From Candidatus Saccharimonadia bacterium (GTDB lineage Bacteria; Patescibacteriota; Saccharimonadia; UBA4664), in NCBI GenBank assembly GCA_036488585.1, contig DASXHH010000019.1, positions 5,030 through 69,029 of the forward strand: 64,000 nt of DNA, read 5' to 3'. Below, piece after piece: positions 35,866 to 46,273 of the stretch. The translations under genes were made by a program, and so were the position numbers. Every line of letters starts with the position of its first letter. The first letter of the stretch is position 1. The notes beneath the pieces were generated by a model, which did no database searches, was not told where the DNA came from, and worked only from the letters and a program-made list of their open reading frames with translations.

Positions 35866-36921
35866 TTATGCCAGGGCCAACACTTGCGCCTTATACTTAT
35901 CACCCCGGTCTTTCCAGTCCCGAAACCCATCCGTCGCCGGACAGCCGGGAGACAACAATACTACATCGCCAGGCTGGGCCAATGCCCGGGCAGAAACCAC
36001 AATTTCTGCCATGGTCCGCGGCCCCATAATTGCTCTCTTAAACCCTGCCTTTTCCAGTGCTACCTGTAGCTTGCCAGCCGCCTCCCCCATAAGCACCGCA
36101 AACCGCACATTGCTGCCGGCCACTTCCAGGGCCAGCTCACCATAATCCACCGGTCGGTCCGCACCACCTAGTACCACTACCTTTGGTGGGCCATACGACC
36201 TCAACGCAGCCGCCGCCGACTCCGGAATTACCGAGCTCGAATCATTCACGTACCATATGCGATCCGCTTCTCTCACCATTTCCAATCGGTGCGGCAGACC
36301 TCGAAAATTCTGCACGGCTCGCTGTACCGCCGACGCATTTTGGCCGGTAAGATCCCAAGCCGCCGTTACAGCGGCGCAAATGTTGGCCAGAGTATGCTCA
36401 CCCGGCACGACCAAATCGCTTACGGAGCAAATATCGACGTCCCCAATCGCCAATCGCCCGTGGTTCACTCGCGCACCCGGAGCTTGTAGATACGGCGTGT
36501 GCCGACCCGGTGATAACTGCCCGATCTGCGCCGAAAACTCGTTTCGCGCATTAAACACCGCCACGTCATCGACTTGCTGACGCCAAAAAATGTTGCCCTG
36601 CGCCGCCACGGCTTCACGCAGGTTGCGGTGCGAATCGTGATAACCCGGCATCAGCTCCACACACACCGCAATATGTGGGCTTGTGTCCGCATCTAACAAA
36701 TCATCGCTAGATAGCTCCAACACTACCAAATGGCTGGCTCGCACCTTATCCACAAAATCCATCGGTGAGCGGCCCGTGTCGCCGAAGGTCCAGGTGCGCC
36801 AACCAGCCTCACCTAAAATCTGCGCAATCAACGCGCAAGTCGTGCTCTTGCCCTTCGTCCCGGTCACCCCGATCACGCGGGCCGGACAGCGGTCCATAAA
36901 CTCCCTCACCGCTTGAGACAT
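35866..36921 (-). CDS. murD: Mur ligase, MurD-like (UDP-N-acetylmuramoylalanine--D-glutamate ligase), short form
   Basis: VIGVTGTKGKSTT P-loop. MurD-like C-terminal end (LLSPGCPATDGF). Lacks the usual N-terminal domain. Confidence 0.55.
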   Translation of the reverse strand: MSQAVREFMDRCPARVIGVTGTKGKSTTCALIAQILGEAGWRTWTFGDTGRSPMDFVDKVRASHLVVLELSSDDLLDADTSPHIAVCVELMPGYHDSHRNLREAVAAQGNIFWRQQVDDVAVFNARNEFSAQIGQLSPGRHTPYLQAPGARVNHGRLAIGDVDICSVSDLVVPGEHTLANICAAVTAAWDLTGQNASAVQRAVQNFRGLPHRLEMVREADRIWYVNDSSSVIPESAAAALRSYGPPKVVVLGGADRPVDYGELALEVAGSNVRFAVLMGEAAGKLQVALEKAGFKRAIMGPRTMAEIVVSARALAQPGDVVLLSPGCPATDGFRDWKDRGDKYKAQVLALA

Positions 36922-36923
36922 TG

Positions 36924-39524
36924 TTACCGTCGTTTCTTGCGCTTCTTGTTGGTATTCTTGGTACCGCCCGTGGCCACCGCTACCCGAGACCGCCGCTCAG
37001 CCCGCGAGCCACTACTCGTCGCCGGCGCGCTCACACCGTCCACTGGCGCGTTAGTACTCGCCTGTTCCGCCGCCTTGGTGAGCGCCGTTTCCACCGGCGC
37101 GTCTACCGGAGCCGCCTGCGCCGTCACCTGTACCTTAAAGATGGTGGTGGCAACTTCGGCCTCCAGCAACCCCATCAGTTGCTTAAACATCCGGTAACCT
37201 TCGCGCTTATACTCCACTAGCGGATCTTTCTGACCCACCGCCCGCAGGCCAATTCCGCCCCGCACGCTATCCATTGCCTCAAGATGCTCAATCCATAACC
37301 GGTCCAGCGCATTTATAAACGTAAACCGCTCCACCATCCGCATCACCGGCGGCGTAAATTGCTCGGTGCGCGCGTCGTATAGCGACTCGGCCTCGCCCAT
37401 CACCAAATCCTCGATCTCGGTCGTGTGGCTGCGTTCCAAAGTTTTGATGGTCTCTTCACTCAGCGGCAAAATTGTGCTCACCGCCTCCTTCAAAGCAGTG
37501 AAATCCGTTTCACCAGTGCGATCGTTGGTGTGTGCTTGCACCATAGCCTTCACCTCGGTCCGAACCATCTCCAAAATCTCATCGTGCAAGCTATCCGCTC
37601 GCAGCGCCTTGCGTCGCCGGCTGTATATCACCTCGCGATGCTTGTTCATCACGTCATCGTACTCCACCAGCTGCTTGCGAGTATCGAAGTTGTGGCCTTC
37701 CACCTTCTTCTGCGCACTCTCCAGGCTCCGGCTCACCAGCTTGTTCTCAATCGGTGTCTCTTCATCAAGACCCAACGTATCCATTAGGCCCGCAATCCTA
37801 TCGGAGCCAAATATGCGCATCAGGTCATCTTCCAAGCTCACGTAGAACTGGCTCGAACCTGGGTCACCCTGCCGCCCAGACCGGCCGCGTAACTGGTTGT
37901 CAATACGCCGGCTCTCGTGCCGTTCCGTGCCTAGCACGTGCAAGCCACCCAGCATGTCCACGCCCTTCTCGAGCACAATGTCTGTCCCGCGACCGGCGAT
38001 GTTGGTCGCGAGCGTCACCGCCCCGCGCTGACCAGCCGCCGCCACAATCGCCGCCTCCGCCTCGTTATTCTTGGCGTTCAGCACCGTATGCGGCACGCTT
38101 AACTCATTCAAATACCGGCTCAGCAGCTCGTTCTTAGCAATCGAGACTGTACCGATCAGCACCGGCTGGCCCTTAGCATGCATCGCCGCCACCTCTCGCG
38201 CCACTGCCCGGAATTTGCCATCCTCGCTTTTATAAATCCGATCCGGCATATCCTGGCGAATCATCGGCTTGTTAGTTGGAATTACCACCACGTCCAGCTG
38301 GTAAATCTTGCCAAACTCTTCCTCTTCCGTCTTCGCCGTACCCGTCATGCCGGCCAGTTTCTCGTACAACCGGAAGTAGTTCTGGAACGTAATCGTCGCC
38401 AGCGTCAGCGATTCCTGCTGTATCTTCACGCCTTCCTTAGCCTCCACCGCCTGGTGCAGGCCCTCGCTCCACCGCCGGCCCGGCATCAGCCGCCCGGTAA
38501 ACTCGTCCACAATGATAATTTCACCGTCGCGCACCACATAATCCCGGTCGCGCAAGTACAGCGCTCGCGCTCGCACCGCCTGCTCAATGTGATGCACTTC
38601 GTCGATGCGGCCAGCCTCGTACACGTTATCCACGCCTAGCGCCCGCTCAATCCTCTCCACGCCCTCGTCGGTAATCGACACCGCCTTCAGTTTCTCGTCG
38701 ATCGTGTAATCTGTCTCGGGCTTCAAAGTATTGGCCAACCGCGCGAACTCGTAATACTTATCCGTCGCCTCATTAGCCGGTGCCGAAATTATCAACGGCG
38801 TGCGCGCCTCGTCGATCAAGATCGAGTCCACCTCGTCCACGATCGCGTAATGTAGCGGTCGTTGCACCATCTTCGCCAGGTCGTCCACCATGTTGTCGCG
38901 CAAATAATCGAACCCAAACTCATTGTTCGTTCCGTATGTAATGTCCGCCCGGTACGCCTCCTGCCGGCTCACCGGCCGCAGATGGTTCAACCGGTCGTCG
39001 CCGTGCTCCTCGCTCGAATATTCCGGATCATAAATGTACGCCGACTCGTGCACTATCACGCCAGTGGTCATGCCCAGCGCCAGGTACACTTGCCCCATCC
39101 AGCCAGAATGCAAGCTCGCCAGATAATCGTTCACTGTCACGACGTGTACGCCTTTGCCTGTCAACGCGTTCAAATAAGTCGGTGCGGTTGCCACCAGCGT
39201 CTTGCCTTCACCGGTCCGCATCTCAGCGATTTTGCCACTATGAAGCACAAAACCACCTACCAGCTGGACATCAAAATGCCGCATACCCACCACTCGTACG
39301 GCCGCTTCACGCACCGCCGCGAACGCCTCCGGCAGCAACCCGTCGATTGATTCGCCTTTGCCCAAGCGCTCCCGGAACTTGGCCGTCAGTTCGCGCAACT
39401 CCGTGTCCGACAGCTTCTTCATCGCTGCCTCGTGCGCATTCACCTTCGCCACCACCGCCTGCGCCCGCTTCACTTCGCGCACATTCGGGTCGCCCAAAAT
39501 TTTGTTCAATAACGTATATGCCAT
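36924..39524 (-). CDS. secA: Preprotein translocase ATPase SecA
   Basis: ...MRTGEGKTLVATAPTYLNALTGKGVHVVTVNDYLA... DEAD motor domains. Lys/Arg-rich C-terminal tail in place of the Cys-rich zinc finger. Confidence 0.95.
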   Translation of the reverse strand: MAYTLLNKILGDPNVREVKRAQAVVAKVNAHEAAMKKLSDTELRELTAKFRERLGKGESIDGLLPEAFAAVREAAVRVVGMRHFDVQLVGGFVLHSGKIAEMRTGEGKTLVATAPTYLNALTGKGVHVVTVNDYLASLHSGWMGQVYLALGMTTGVIVHESAYIYDPEYSSEEHGDDRLNHLRPVSRQEAYRADITYGTNNEFGFDYLRDNMVDDLAKMVQRPLHYAIVDEVDSILIDEARTPLIISAPANEATDKYYEFARLANTLKPETDYTIDEKLKAVSITDEGVERIERALGVDNVYEAGRIDEVHHIEQAVRARALYLRDRDYVVRDGEIIIVDEFTGRLMPGRRWSEGLHQAVEAKEGVKIQQESLTLATITFQNYFRLYEKLAGMTGTAKTEEEEFGKIYQLDVVVIPTNKPMIRQDMPDRIYKSEDGKFRAVAREVAAMHAKGQPVLIGTVSIAKNELLSRYLNELSVPHTVLNAKNNEAEAAIVAAAGQRGAVTLATNIAGRGTDIVLEKGVDMLGGLHVLGTERHESRRIDNQLRGRSGRQGDPGSSQFYVSLEDDLMRIFGSDRIAGLMDTLGLDEETPIENKLVSRSLESAQKKVEGHNFDTRKQLVEYDDVMNKHREVIYSRRRKALRADSLHDEILEMVRTEVKAMVQAHTNDRTGETDFTALKEAVSTILPLSEETIKTLERSHTTEIEDLVMGEAESLYDARTEQFTPPVMRMVERFTFINALDRLWIEHLEAMDSVRGGIGLRAVGQKDPLVEYKREGYRMFKQLMGLLEAEVATTIFKVQVTAQAAPVDAPVETALTKAAEQASTNAPVDGVSAPATSSGSRAERRSRVAVATGGTKNTNKKRKKRR

Positions 39525-39618
39525 AAGCTAAACAAAAGGCCAGTTAGGCCCTACGAGACCAGTTTAACACTACTCCCCTACCCTGAATAGCGCCTGAAAA
39601 GTCGCGCCCACTCCCCGA

Positions 39619-40026
39619 CTATTCCAACACTTCCTGCTCAGCCGTTGCCGTCTGCGTGTCAGTCTCGCTCTTACGGCCAACCAGTCGCATAATCATCCGC
39701 AACCGCCGCGGCTTCAACATCAGCTTCTCCTTGTACTTGTGGCACTGTTGCCGGAGTTTTGCCTCCACGATATCGATCGCCGCGTAAATATTCACCGTCC
39801 CCTCGCGACTCACCATCTTACTGCCATTCACCGTCATAACCACCTCACACACAAATCGGTTGTCTTCCCGGCCATTGGCGTCATCTGCTAGCACCACCGC
39901 CGCCGACAAATTACCCCGGACACGCCGGGGTAAGTACTTTTCCAAGTTACCAATTTTATCTTCGACGTAGTCCTTCATCTTCTCATCTACTTCAAAGTTG
40001 CGGGCTGTGATCTCGCATCTGATCAT
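39619..40026 (-). CDS. hpf: Ribosome hibernation promoting factor / RaiA family
   Basis: beta-alpha-beta-beta-beta-alpha signature (ITARNFEVDEKMKDYVEDKIGNLEKY...). Confidence 0.8.
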   Translation of the reverse strand: MIRCEITARNFEVDEKMKDYVEDKIGNLEKYLPRRVRGNLSAAVVLADDANGREDNRFVCEVVMTVNGSKMVSREGTVNIYAAIDIVEAKLRQQCHKYKEKLMLKPRRLRMIMRLVGRKSETDTQTATAEQEVLE

Positions 40027-41324
40027 AATGTCTCCCCTCCATAATATTTTACCAACGCTTCAGGCACCTTCACGCTACCATCCTTCTGCTGGTAATTTTC
40101 AAGAATCGCAATCAAGGGACGCTGAGATAATACGGTCGCATCGTTGGTATGCACCAACTCCATCTCACCATTTGTCCTACGCACCCTGGTCTGCAACCGG
40201 CGGGCCTGATAATCAGTCATATAATCCGCCGTGTGTGTCTCGCGGTATTTCCCTTGTCCTGGAAGCCAAGTATCAATGTCGACCCCGCGTGCGTTAGGCT
40301 TACCAATATCGGCTGTGCATTTCAATATCACTTGATACGGTAATTCAAGCTGTGTCATTAGATATTCTTGTATTGCCACCATGAACAAATGCTCATCCCG
40401 TGACGTCTCCGCGGTCGTGAGACTCTCCATCTCAAGCTTATCGAACTGATGCAGCCGGAAAATACCCTCCATATCTTTGCCATACGACCCGGCCTCACGC
40501 CGAAAGCTAGTAGCATACCCGGCGTACCTAATCGGCAGCTCATTCTCGGGAATAATCTCCCCCGCGTGCATTGACCCCAGCACATGCTCGGCGCTGCCCT
40601 GAAGCCACAATTCATCACCCTCTATCTTGTAGCGGTCGTCACGTGGCTCCAATCGATCCATGGCGTCATAAAGCTCAGTCCGAATCAACAGTGGCGGCAG
40701 CACTAACATAAACGGCTTCGTGCTTACCTCTAGATTCGCCTGAGCAGCAATCTGCTTCAGCACCGCTTCATCGGTCAATACGTCCATGGCAAAACTAATC
40801 ATCGCCCGATGCAGCCGCACCAGATCACCCTTTAGATATGTAAACCGCGCCCCGGCCACCTTAGCCGCCCGCTCTTTATCGATCCAGCCCCTGGCCTCCG
40901 CCAGCTGCCAATGGTTTTTAGGCTCAAACTCAAATTTGGGTTGCTCCCCAACTGTCTTTACAATCTGGTTCTCATCTTCGGTCGCCCCCACCGGCACGTC
41001 ATCAGTAGGAATATTTGGCACCAACTTCAGAATTCGCAAATATTCGTCATCAACCTTATTGTATTCTTCTTCGCGGCCAACCACCTTTTCCTTCAGTTGG
41101 CGCCCTTTCTCCACCTGCTCGGAGCTGGGCTTACCCTTCTTTAGGCTTTCCGATAGTTTGTTGCGCTCGCGCCGTAAATCCTCAACCTCGGTCAGCAGTT
41201 GGCGCCTTTTCTCATCGAGCTTCATCAGCTCGTCAATATCTTGATCGGAAACTTTCGCGTTCTTATTACGAGCTGCCTGCTTAACGGTGTCGGGATGCTC
41301 ACGCAAGAAACGGATATCAATCAT
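40023..41324 (-). CDS. serS: Serine--tRNA ligase
   Basis: MIDIRFLREHPD... N-terminal coiled-coil. Class II core (...FRREAGSYGKDMEGIFRLHQFDKLE...). Confidence 0.9.
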   Translation of the reverse strand: MIDIRFLREHPDTVKQAARNKNAKVSDQDIDELMKLDEKRRQLLTEVEDLRRERNKLSESLKKGKPSSEQVEKGRQLKEKVVGREEEYNKVDDEYLRILKLVPNIPTDDVPVGATEDENQIVKTVGEQPKFEFEPKNHWQLAEARGWIDKERAAKVAGARFTYLKGDLVRLHRAMISFAMDVLTDEAVLKQIAAQANLEVSTKPFMLVLPPLLIRTELYDAMDRLEPRDDRYKIEGDELWLQGSAEHVLGSMHAGEIIPENELPIRYAGYATSFRREAGSYGKDMEGIFRLHQFDKLEMESLTTAETSRDEHLFMVAIQEYLMTQLELPYQVILKCTADIGKPNARGVDIDTWLPGQGKYRETHTADYMTDYQARRLQTRVRRTNGEMELVHTNDATVLSQRPLIAILENYQQKDGSVKVPEALVKYYGGETL

Positions 41325-41375
41325 CGCAAAATTCCTCTGTCTGTAAGTTATCTTAGCTTCGGGTTGGGGAAAATT

Positions 41376-42959
41376 CTACTCGGCCGAGGCCGACGAGCCC
41401 TCACGCAACCGACCAATCAGCCAGTCGCGGTCGAGCGAGGCCAAAAACCACCCCGCCTTAGGTCCAGAGTCTTGCCCCAAGATCACACGGTAAATCGCCT
41501 GAAACGCCTGCCCCGCCTTTAGTCCTGCCTGCTCGGCCGCGGCGTAAATCGCGTCATGCATGCCTTGGCCACCAAGTTCGCGCTCCTGCTCCACGGCCTC
41601 GGCCAGACGACCCAAAAACACCCGCTGCTCATCGCTCAGTTCTACCTCACCTAGCCTGCCCTGCACCGTAAACTTCACGCTATCCGGAGCATATTTTTCG
41701 AGCCAACGCTGCACAAACTTCAGCTCCCGCTCCACCACTGGCCATTGCTCCTTCACCACGGCATCGTAACCTGTACGCTCCAAAATTGCCTTCACCTCAT
41801 CCCTCTTGCCCTGCGCCGTCTGATATACCGCCACCAGGTGGTTAAATGCGATCCGCGCCACCGACCGCTCGCCCTTGATTGCCGTCGCGACGTTGTAGGC
41901 GTCCTCAAATTCAGGATGCTGCCCCTCGCTAACTGCTTCTTCAAGTTTGGCAAACTCATCTATCAGATTGTACAGACCCAGCCCCGGATCAAAGAACGCG
42001 ATCCGCTTCGGGAGCGATCGCAGTACGAAGTACCGCAGAATTTCCGGTGGCATCAGCTTGAGCGCCTCGTCTGGAGTCACCAGGTTGCCCAGCGACGAGC
42101 TCATCTTCTTGGTCTCGCCAACCAGGTTAATTGTGTCGTACGGCAACGGCATAGGCGGCTCAGTGCCAAATACCTGCCGGCAAAACTCCACGCCAGTATC
42201 CCAGGCACCGCCCTTGGTCCCGAGCTCCCGCCCAAACGGCTCCACCATCACGCCATGCAACGCCCACCGTGCCGGCCAGTCCAGCCGCCAGTTGAGCTTC
42301 ACTCGCCCGTCGTTATAGGGCATCTCGCCCATCAGCCCGTCCTCGCGCCGATACCGCACCGTCTTAGCCTTCTTGTCCAGGCTCACAAATCGCCATTCGT
42401 TGAAGCTTTGGTTATCGCTTAAAAGTTGCAGTGGTACCCAATCCTCTTTCAGCTCTCGGTGCGCAACGTCCTTGAAGATCTTACGCACTTCCGGCATGTG
42501 ATCGATCGTCTGCTCGATATAGGGCGCCATCTTGCCGGTCAGGTACTGGCCCTCGTACGAGTACAACACCTCCATCTCTACCCCCATGCGCGCAGCCGAA
42601 GCCTCAAACTGCTTGATGAAGTGCGTGGCATAAGAGTCGTGGCAGCCTTCCGGATCGGGCACCAGACACACCGGCCAGCCTACGTACTTCTCGTATTCTT
42701 CCGGCAAGAAGCTGTAGCGTTTACGCAACGGATCGAAATTATCGACCACATGCAGATGCCGCGCCTTACGCCCCCGTCGCCGGATGGCCCAGGCGATGGC
42801 GTCACCGGTCAGAACCTCGCGGAAATGGCCGATATGGTACGAGGCCGACGGCGCGCTTCCACTCTCCACTAGAATCTCGCCCTCGGGGTAGGCCTCCACC
42901 ACCTTATCTGCGAATTGGTCCAGCCAGTAATTGCTCTCGCTTGCATTCATGCCGCCCAT
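41376..42959 (-). CDS. lysK: Lysine--tRNA ligase, class I (archaeal-type LysK)
   Basis: HIGH motif (SGSAPSASYHIGHFREV). KMSKS-like motif (KKMSSSLGN). Overall class-I LysRS architecture. Confidence 0.7.
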   Translation of the reverse strand: MGGMNASESNYWLDQFADKVVEAYPEGEILVESGSAPSASYHIGHFREVLTGDAIAWAIRRRGRKARHLHVVDNFDPLRKRYSFLPEEYEKYVGWPVCLVPDPEGCHDSYATHFIKQFEASAARMGVEMEVLYSYEGQYLTGKMAPYIEQTIDHMPEVRKIFKDVAHRELKEDWVPLQLLSDNQSFNEWRFVSLDKKAKTVRYRREDGLMGEMPYNDGRVKLNWRLDWPARWALHGVMVEPFGRELGTKGGAWDTGVEFCRQVFGTEPPMPLPYDTINLVGETKKMSSSLGNLVTPDEALKLMPPEILRYFVLRSLPKRIAFFDPGLGLYNLIDEFAKLEEAVSEGQHPEFEDAYNVATAIKGERSVARIAFNHLVAVYQTAQGKRDEVKAILERTGYDAVVKEQWPVVERELKFVQRWLEKYAPDSVKFTVQGRLGEVELSDEQRVFLGRLAEAVEQERELGGQGMHDAIYAAAEQAGLKAGQAFQAIYRVILGQDSGPKAGWFLASLDRDWLIGRLREGSSASAE

Positions 42960-42961
42960 TC

Positions 42962-42994
42962 TAACCGAAAAGCCGCTCCTTAGCGAGAGCGGCC
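42962..42994 (-). terminator. Rho-independent terminator downstream of greA
   Basis: Stem gccgctc / gagcggc with an 8 nt loop. Followed on the minus strand by CUUUUCGGUU. Confidence 0.6.
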
Positions 42995-43019
42995 CTGGGT
43001 TTCCGAAAATCGGATTAAA

Positions 43020-43487
43020 CTAAGCGATGTTCTTGATCCTGTAGGTCATGGTACCCGACGGCACCTCCACCGCTACCTCGTCGCCCTTCTTTTTGCCCAG
43101 CAGTGCCCGGCCGATTGGCGATTGGTCCGAGATGTAGCCCTTGTCCGGATTGGCCTCGGTGGAGCCCACGATTACGTACTCCACCTCCCCATCCTCCAAT
43201 TCCACATGCACTTTCGAACCGAGCGACACCGTGCTCGAACTCTTGTTGGAAATAACCGCTGCGTGCTTCAGGATGTGCTCAATCTCCGAAATCCGTCCCT
43301 CAACAAAGCTCTGCTCGTCGCGGGCGGCGTCGTACATGGCGTTCTCGCTCAAATCCCCATCAGCCTTGGCCTCCTTGAGGCGCTCAGCTATTTCACCACG
43401 CTTGCTAGTAGTAAGCTCTTGGAGCTCGTCCTTTAGGGCCTGCAAGCCATCGGCCGTCAGGTGAAACTCATTTTTTGTGCTATTCAT
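43020..43487 (-). CDS. greA: Transcription elongation factor GreA
   Basis: LTADGLQALKDELQEL...DLSENAMYDAARDEQSFVEGRI is the GreA coiled-coil. FKBP-like C-terminal domain. Confidence 0.9.
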   Translation of the reverse strand: MNSTKNEFHLTADGLQALKDELQELTTSKRGEIAERLKEAKADGDLSENAMYDAARDEQSFVEGRISEIEHILKHAAVISNKSSSTVSLGSKVHVELEDGEVEYVIVGSTEANPDKGYISDQSPIGRALLGKKKGDEVAVEVPSGTMTYRIKNIA

Positions 43488-43738
43488 TCTACTCTCCTTC
43501 TCGAACGTAAGCGTTATCTGTGGGGTGAAAAAAACCTCGGAAAAGAAATTCCGAGAAATAGCGCTGCATCGATGAAAGTTATTTTTCTAAAACGGCTGCC
43601 GAAAGTTTCGCTCTAATATGTTCGTACAAGGCCTCCAAAGCGTCAAGAGTTACTATTGTTCAACAGCATTATTTGGCTTGAGTTAGCCACAAAACTACCA
43701 GCATCAGATAGTACCTGTTGAAAACCACTTGTGGATAA

Positions 43739-45769
43739 CTAATGGCCCACCATCGCCTTGCCAGCACCCTGTGTAAAATACCAAGCCAACGTCTCGCGCG
43801 CTGCCGGCGCCGCATACACGGCCCCCTCACCAGCGTGCTCCAGCACCACCACAATCACAATTTGTGGGTTGTTATACGGGGCGAAAGCCTCAAACCAAGC
43901 ATGTGCCTTGCTCTGATTGGCCGCCCCGGAACCATCATCGTGCACCACGGTCTCGGCCGTACCGGTTTTGGCCGCCACCTGCACCGGCACCTGCTGTTTA
44001 ATCAAGCAGCAGGCCGTACCCGCCGGATCCTCTACTGTCATCAACATACCTTTGCGTATCTGCGCCAGGTTATCTGGGTCTATGAAGCCCTTCCGAATTA
44101 CCTCGGGCTCTATTTGCTGCACCACCTGGTTGTTCTGGTCGGTGATTTGGTCAACCAAATGAGGCTTATACAAAGTGCCACCATTGGCAATCACCGACAC
44201 GGCCATTGCCATTTGCAATGGTGAAACTAACAAATCTCCCTGTCCCACTGAAATGTTATAGGTGTCACCTGTGTACCAGGGCTGGCCGGAAAATGCCTTC
44301 TTCCAGGCTGGCGTCGGCACCCGGCCCTTTGCCTCACCTGGAATATCAATGCCTGTCTTGGCGCCCAACCCAAACAATTGATAGTAATGCGTTAGCTTAT
44401 CCACCCCAAGATAGCGTGTAAAGTTCGTAAACCCACCCGCGATGGTGTAGAAATAAATGTCCGACGATTGGGCAATGGCCGTAAACAGATTCATGACACC
44501 AAGCCCTGTGTGTTCCCAACCCTTGTAGATGTAGTGGATGGACGGGTTATACGGGTTCACCACGTCTAGCTGTCCGGTGTCGGTAACGATGGTATTGGTG
44601 GTCACAATCCCCTCCTGCAATGCCGCCGCTCCCACCAGCGGCTTAATCGTCGATCCCGATGGGTACCCGCCGGCGATCACTTTGTTGAACAGCGGCTGGC
44701 CGGGATCGTTCACTAGCGCCTGATAGTCGGCCTGCGAAATTCCCTGACTGAATTTATTGTTGTCGTAGCTTGGCAACGACACCGCCGCCAGTACCTCACC
44801 GGTCTTAGGATTCACCGCCACGCCGGCCGCCCGCTTTGAGCCCGAGGCCTGCATCTGCTTGCTGATCGCATCCGCTAGGTGTTGCTGCAAGCCCTCGTCA
44901 ATCGACAATACCAGATTGTTGCCTGGAACTGGATCGCGACTCGCCAGCACCCGCACCGGCTTACCCGTAGCGTCCACCTCCGAACGCTCACCGCCGTTCA
45001 CACCCCTAAGCACATCCTCGTATTGCTTCTCAAGGCCCAACTTGCCGATCAAATCAGTGGGGCCATAGTCTGGATTAGCATCAAGATCCGCCTGGTCCAC
45101 CCGACCGGTGTACCCCAAAAACGCTGACAACAAATTATTATCGGTATACTGGCGAGTCGGGTTCACGTCCAGCGAAAAGCCGGGCAAAGCATCGCTGTCC
45201 TGGTCCAGCAGTAGCGCCTTGTCACGATCGATCCCCGCCGCCACCAGCTGTGGCACCGGGCTCTTCAAACAGCCCGGCTCAGGCTTCTTACACGTCACCT
45301 CAGCCTTGGCCGCCACATCGCTCCCAGACATACCAATGAGCGCACCCACCTTTTCGTACTCGGCCGACCGGGCCGCCGCCGTCGCTGGCAGCTGCTGCGG
45401 TACCACCGTCACATCAAAGCTCGCCTGGTTACGAGCCAGCACCACCTTATTACGATCGTAAATCATGCCCCGCGGCGCCCGCTCCACCTTCTCGCGAATC
45501 CGGTTACCATTGGCCAGCGCCAGATTATGGTCGCCAGCTATTACCTGCAGCGAAAACAATCTTACCGCCAAGATCAACAATGCCGCCGCCCCTACAGCAC
45601 CAAACACCATTAGCGGGCGACGGTCAGTCACACCCTCCGGACCCTCAGCCTCGGCATCGGCCGGCAATATGGCCTCAGTCCATTCCTCGTGCTTGGCCAG
45701 ATTGCGACTAACCCGCAAACCTTCTGACAACGCCTGATCTTCTAAGTAGCCGAATATCGATTTCCGCAT
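43739..45769 (-). CDS. mrdA: Penicillin-binding protein 2 (elongasome transpeptidase)
   Basis: Class B PBP motifs. Immediately downstream of mreBCD. Confidence 0.85.
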   Translation of the reverse strand: MRKSIFGYLEDQALSEGLRVSRNLAKHEEWTEAILPADAEAEGPEGVTDRRPLMVFGAVGAAALLILAVRLFSLQVIAGDHNLALANGNRIREKVERAPRGMIYDRNKVVLARNQASFDVTVVPQQLPATAAARSAEYEKVGALIGMSGSDVAAKAEVTCKKPEPGCLKSPVPQLVAAGIDRDKALLLDQDSDALPGFSLDVNPTRQYTDNNLLSAFLGYTGRVDQADLDANPDYGPTDLIGKLGLEKQYEDVLRGVNGGERSEVDATGKPVRVLASRDPVPGNNLVLSIDEGLQQHLADAISKQMQASGSKRAAGVAVNPKTGEVLAAVSLPSYDNNKFSQGISQADYQALVNDPGQPLFNKVIAGGYPSGSTIKPLVGAAALQEGIVTTNTIVTDTGQLDVVNPYNPSIHYIYKGWEHTGLGVMNLFTAIAQSSDIYFYTIAGGFTNFTRYLGVDKLTHYYQLFGLGAKTGIDIPGEAKGRVPTPAWKKAFSGQPWYTGDTYNISVGQGDLLVSPLQMAMAVSVIANGGTLYKPHLVDQITDQNNQVVQQIEPEVIRKGFIDPDNLAQIRKGMLMTVEDPAGTACCLIKQQVPVQVAAKTGTAETVVHDDGSGAANQSKAHAWFEAFAPYNNPQIVIVVVLEHAGEGAVYAAPAARETLAWYFTQGAGKAMVGH

Positions 45770-45772
45770 GGC

Positions 45773-46270
45773 CTAACCTATATCCCCCATCGTCGCTTTC
45801 GGCATTACGTACCGTACCAGCGGCTGCAAACCAATCGTTAGCACCAAGTTTAACACCAGCTCCGCCACCAGGCGCCCGGCTAACAATCCCACCGGCCAAC
45901 TCGACACGCTTCCGGCTAGGCCCAGCACTATCACCACCGTCTCCACCACTGTGAGTACCGCCACAATCACGCTAGCGACCGCCGAGCCCACCAGCTCAAT
46001 GCCAGCGCGGTGCACCAGTCCGGCCGCCAATGCCGCGAGCACCAGCAAGGCGATCCATAAGCCGAAATTCGCTCCGCTGGACAAGTCCAACACCACGCCG
46101 CCGGCTACCGCCACCACCAGCGCCGTGCTGGCGGTGCCCTCGAGCCCAATCAGCGTCACCATTACCAACATCAGGTTTGGCACTACTCCTAGCGGTCTCA
46201 GCGCCGGCAACAAACTCACTTGCATAATTACGCCCACAATCGCCAGCACCACCAAGCCCGCTCTCCTCAT
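45773..46270 (-). CDS. mreD: Rod shape-determining protein MreD
   Basis: Small polytopic membrane protein between mreC and mrdA. Confidence 0.65.
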   Translation of the reverse strand: MRRAGLVVLAIVGVIMQVSLLPALRPLGVVPNLMLVMVTLIGLEGTASTALVVAVAGGVVLDLSSGANFGLWIALLVLAALAAGLVHRAGIELVGSAVASVIVAVLTVVETVVIVLGLAGSVSSWPVGLLAGRLVAELVLNLVLTIGLQPLVRYVMPKATMGDIG

Positions 46271-46273
46271 CCG

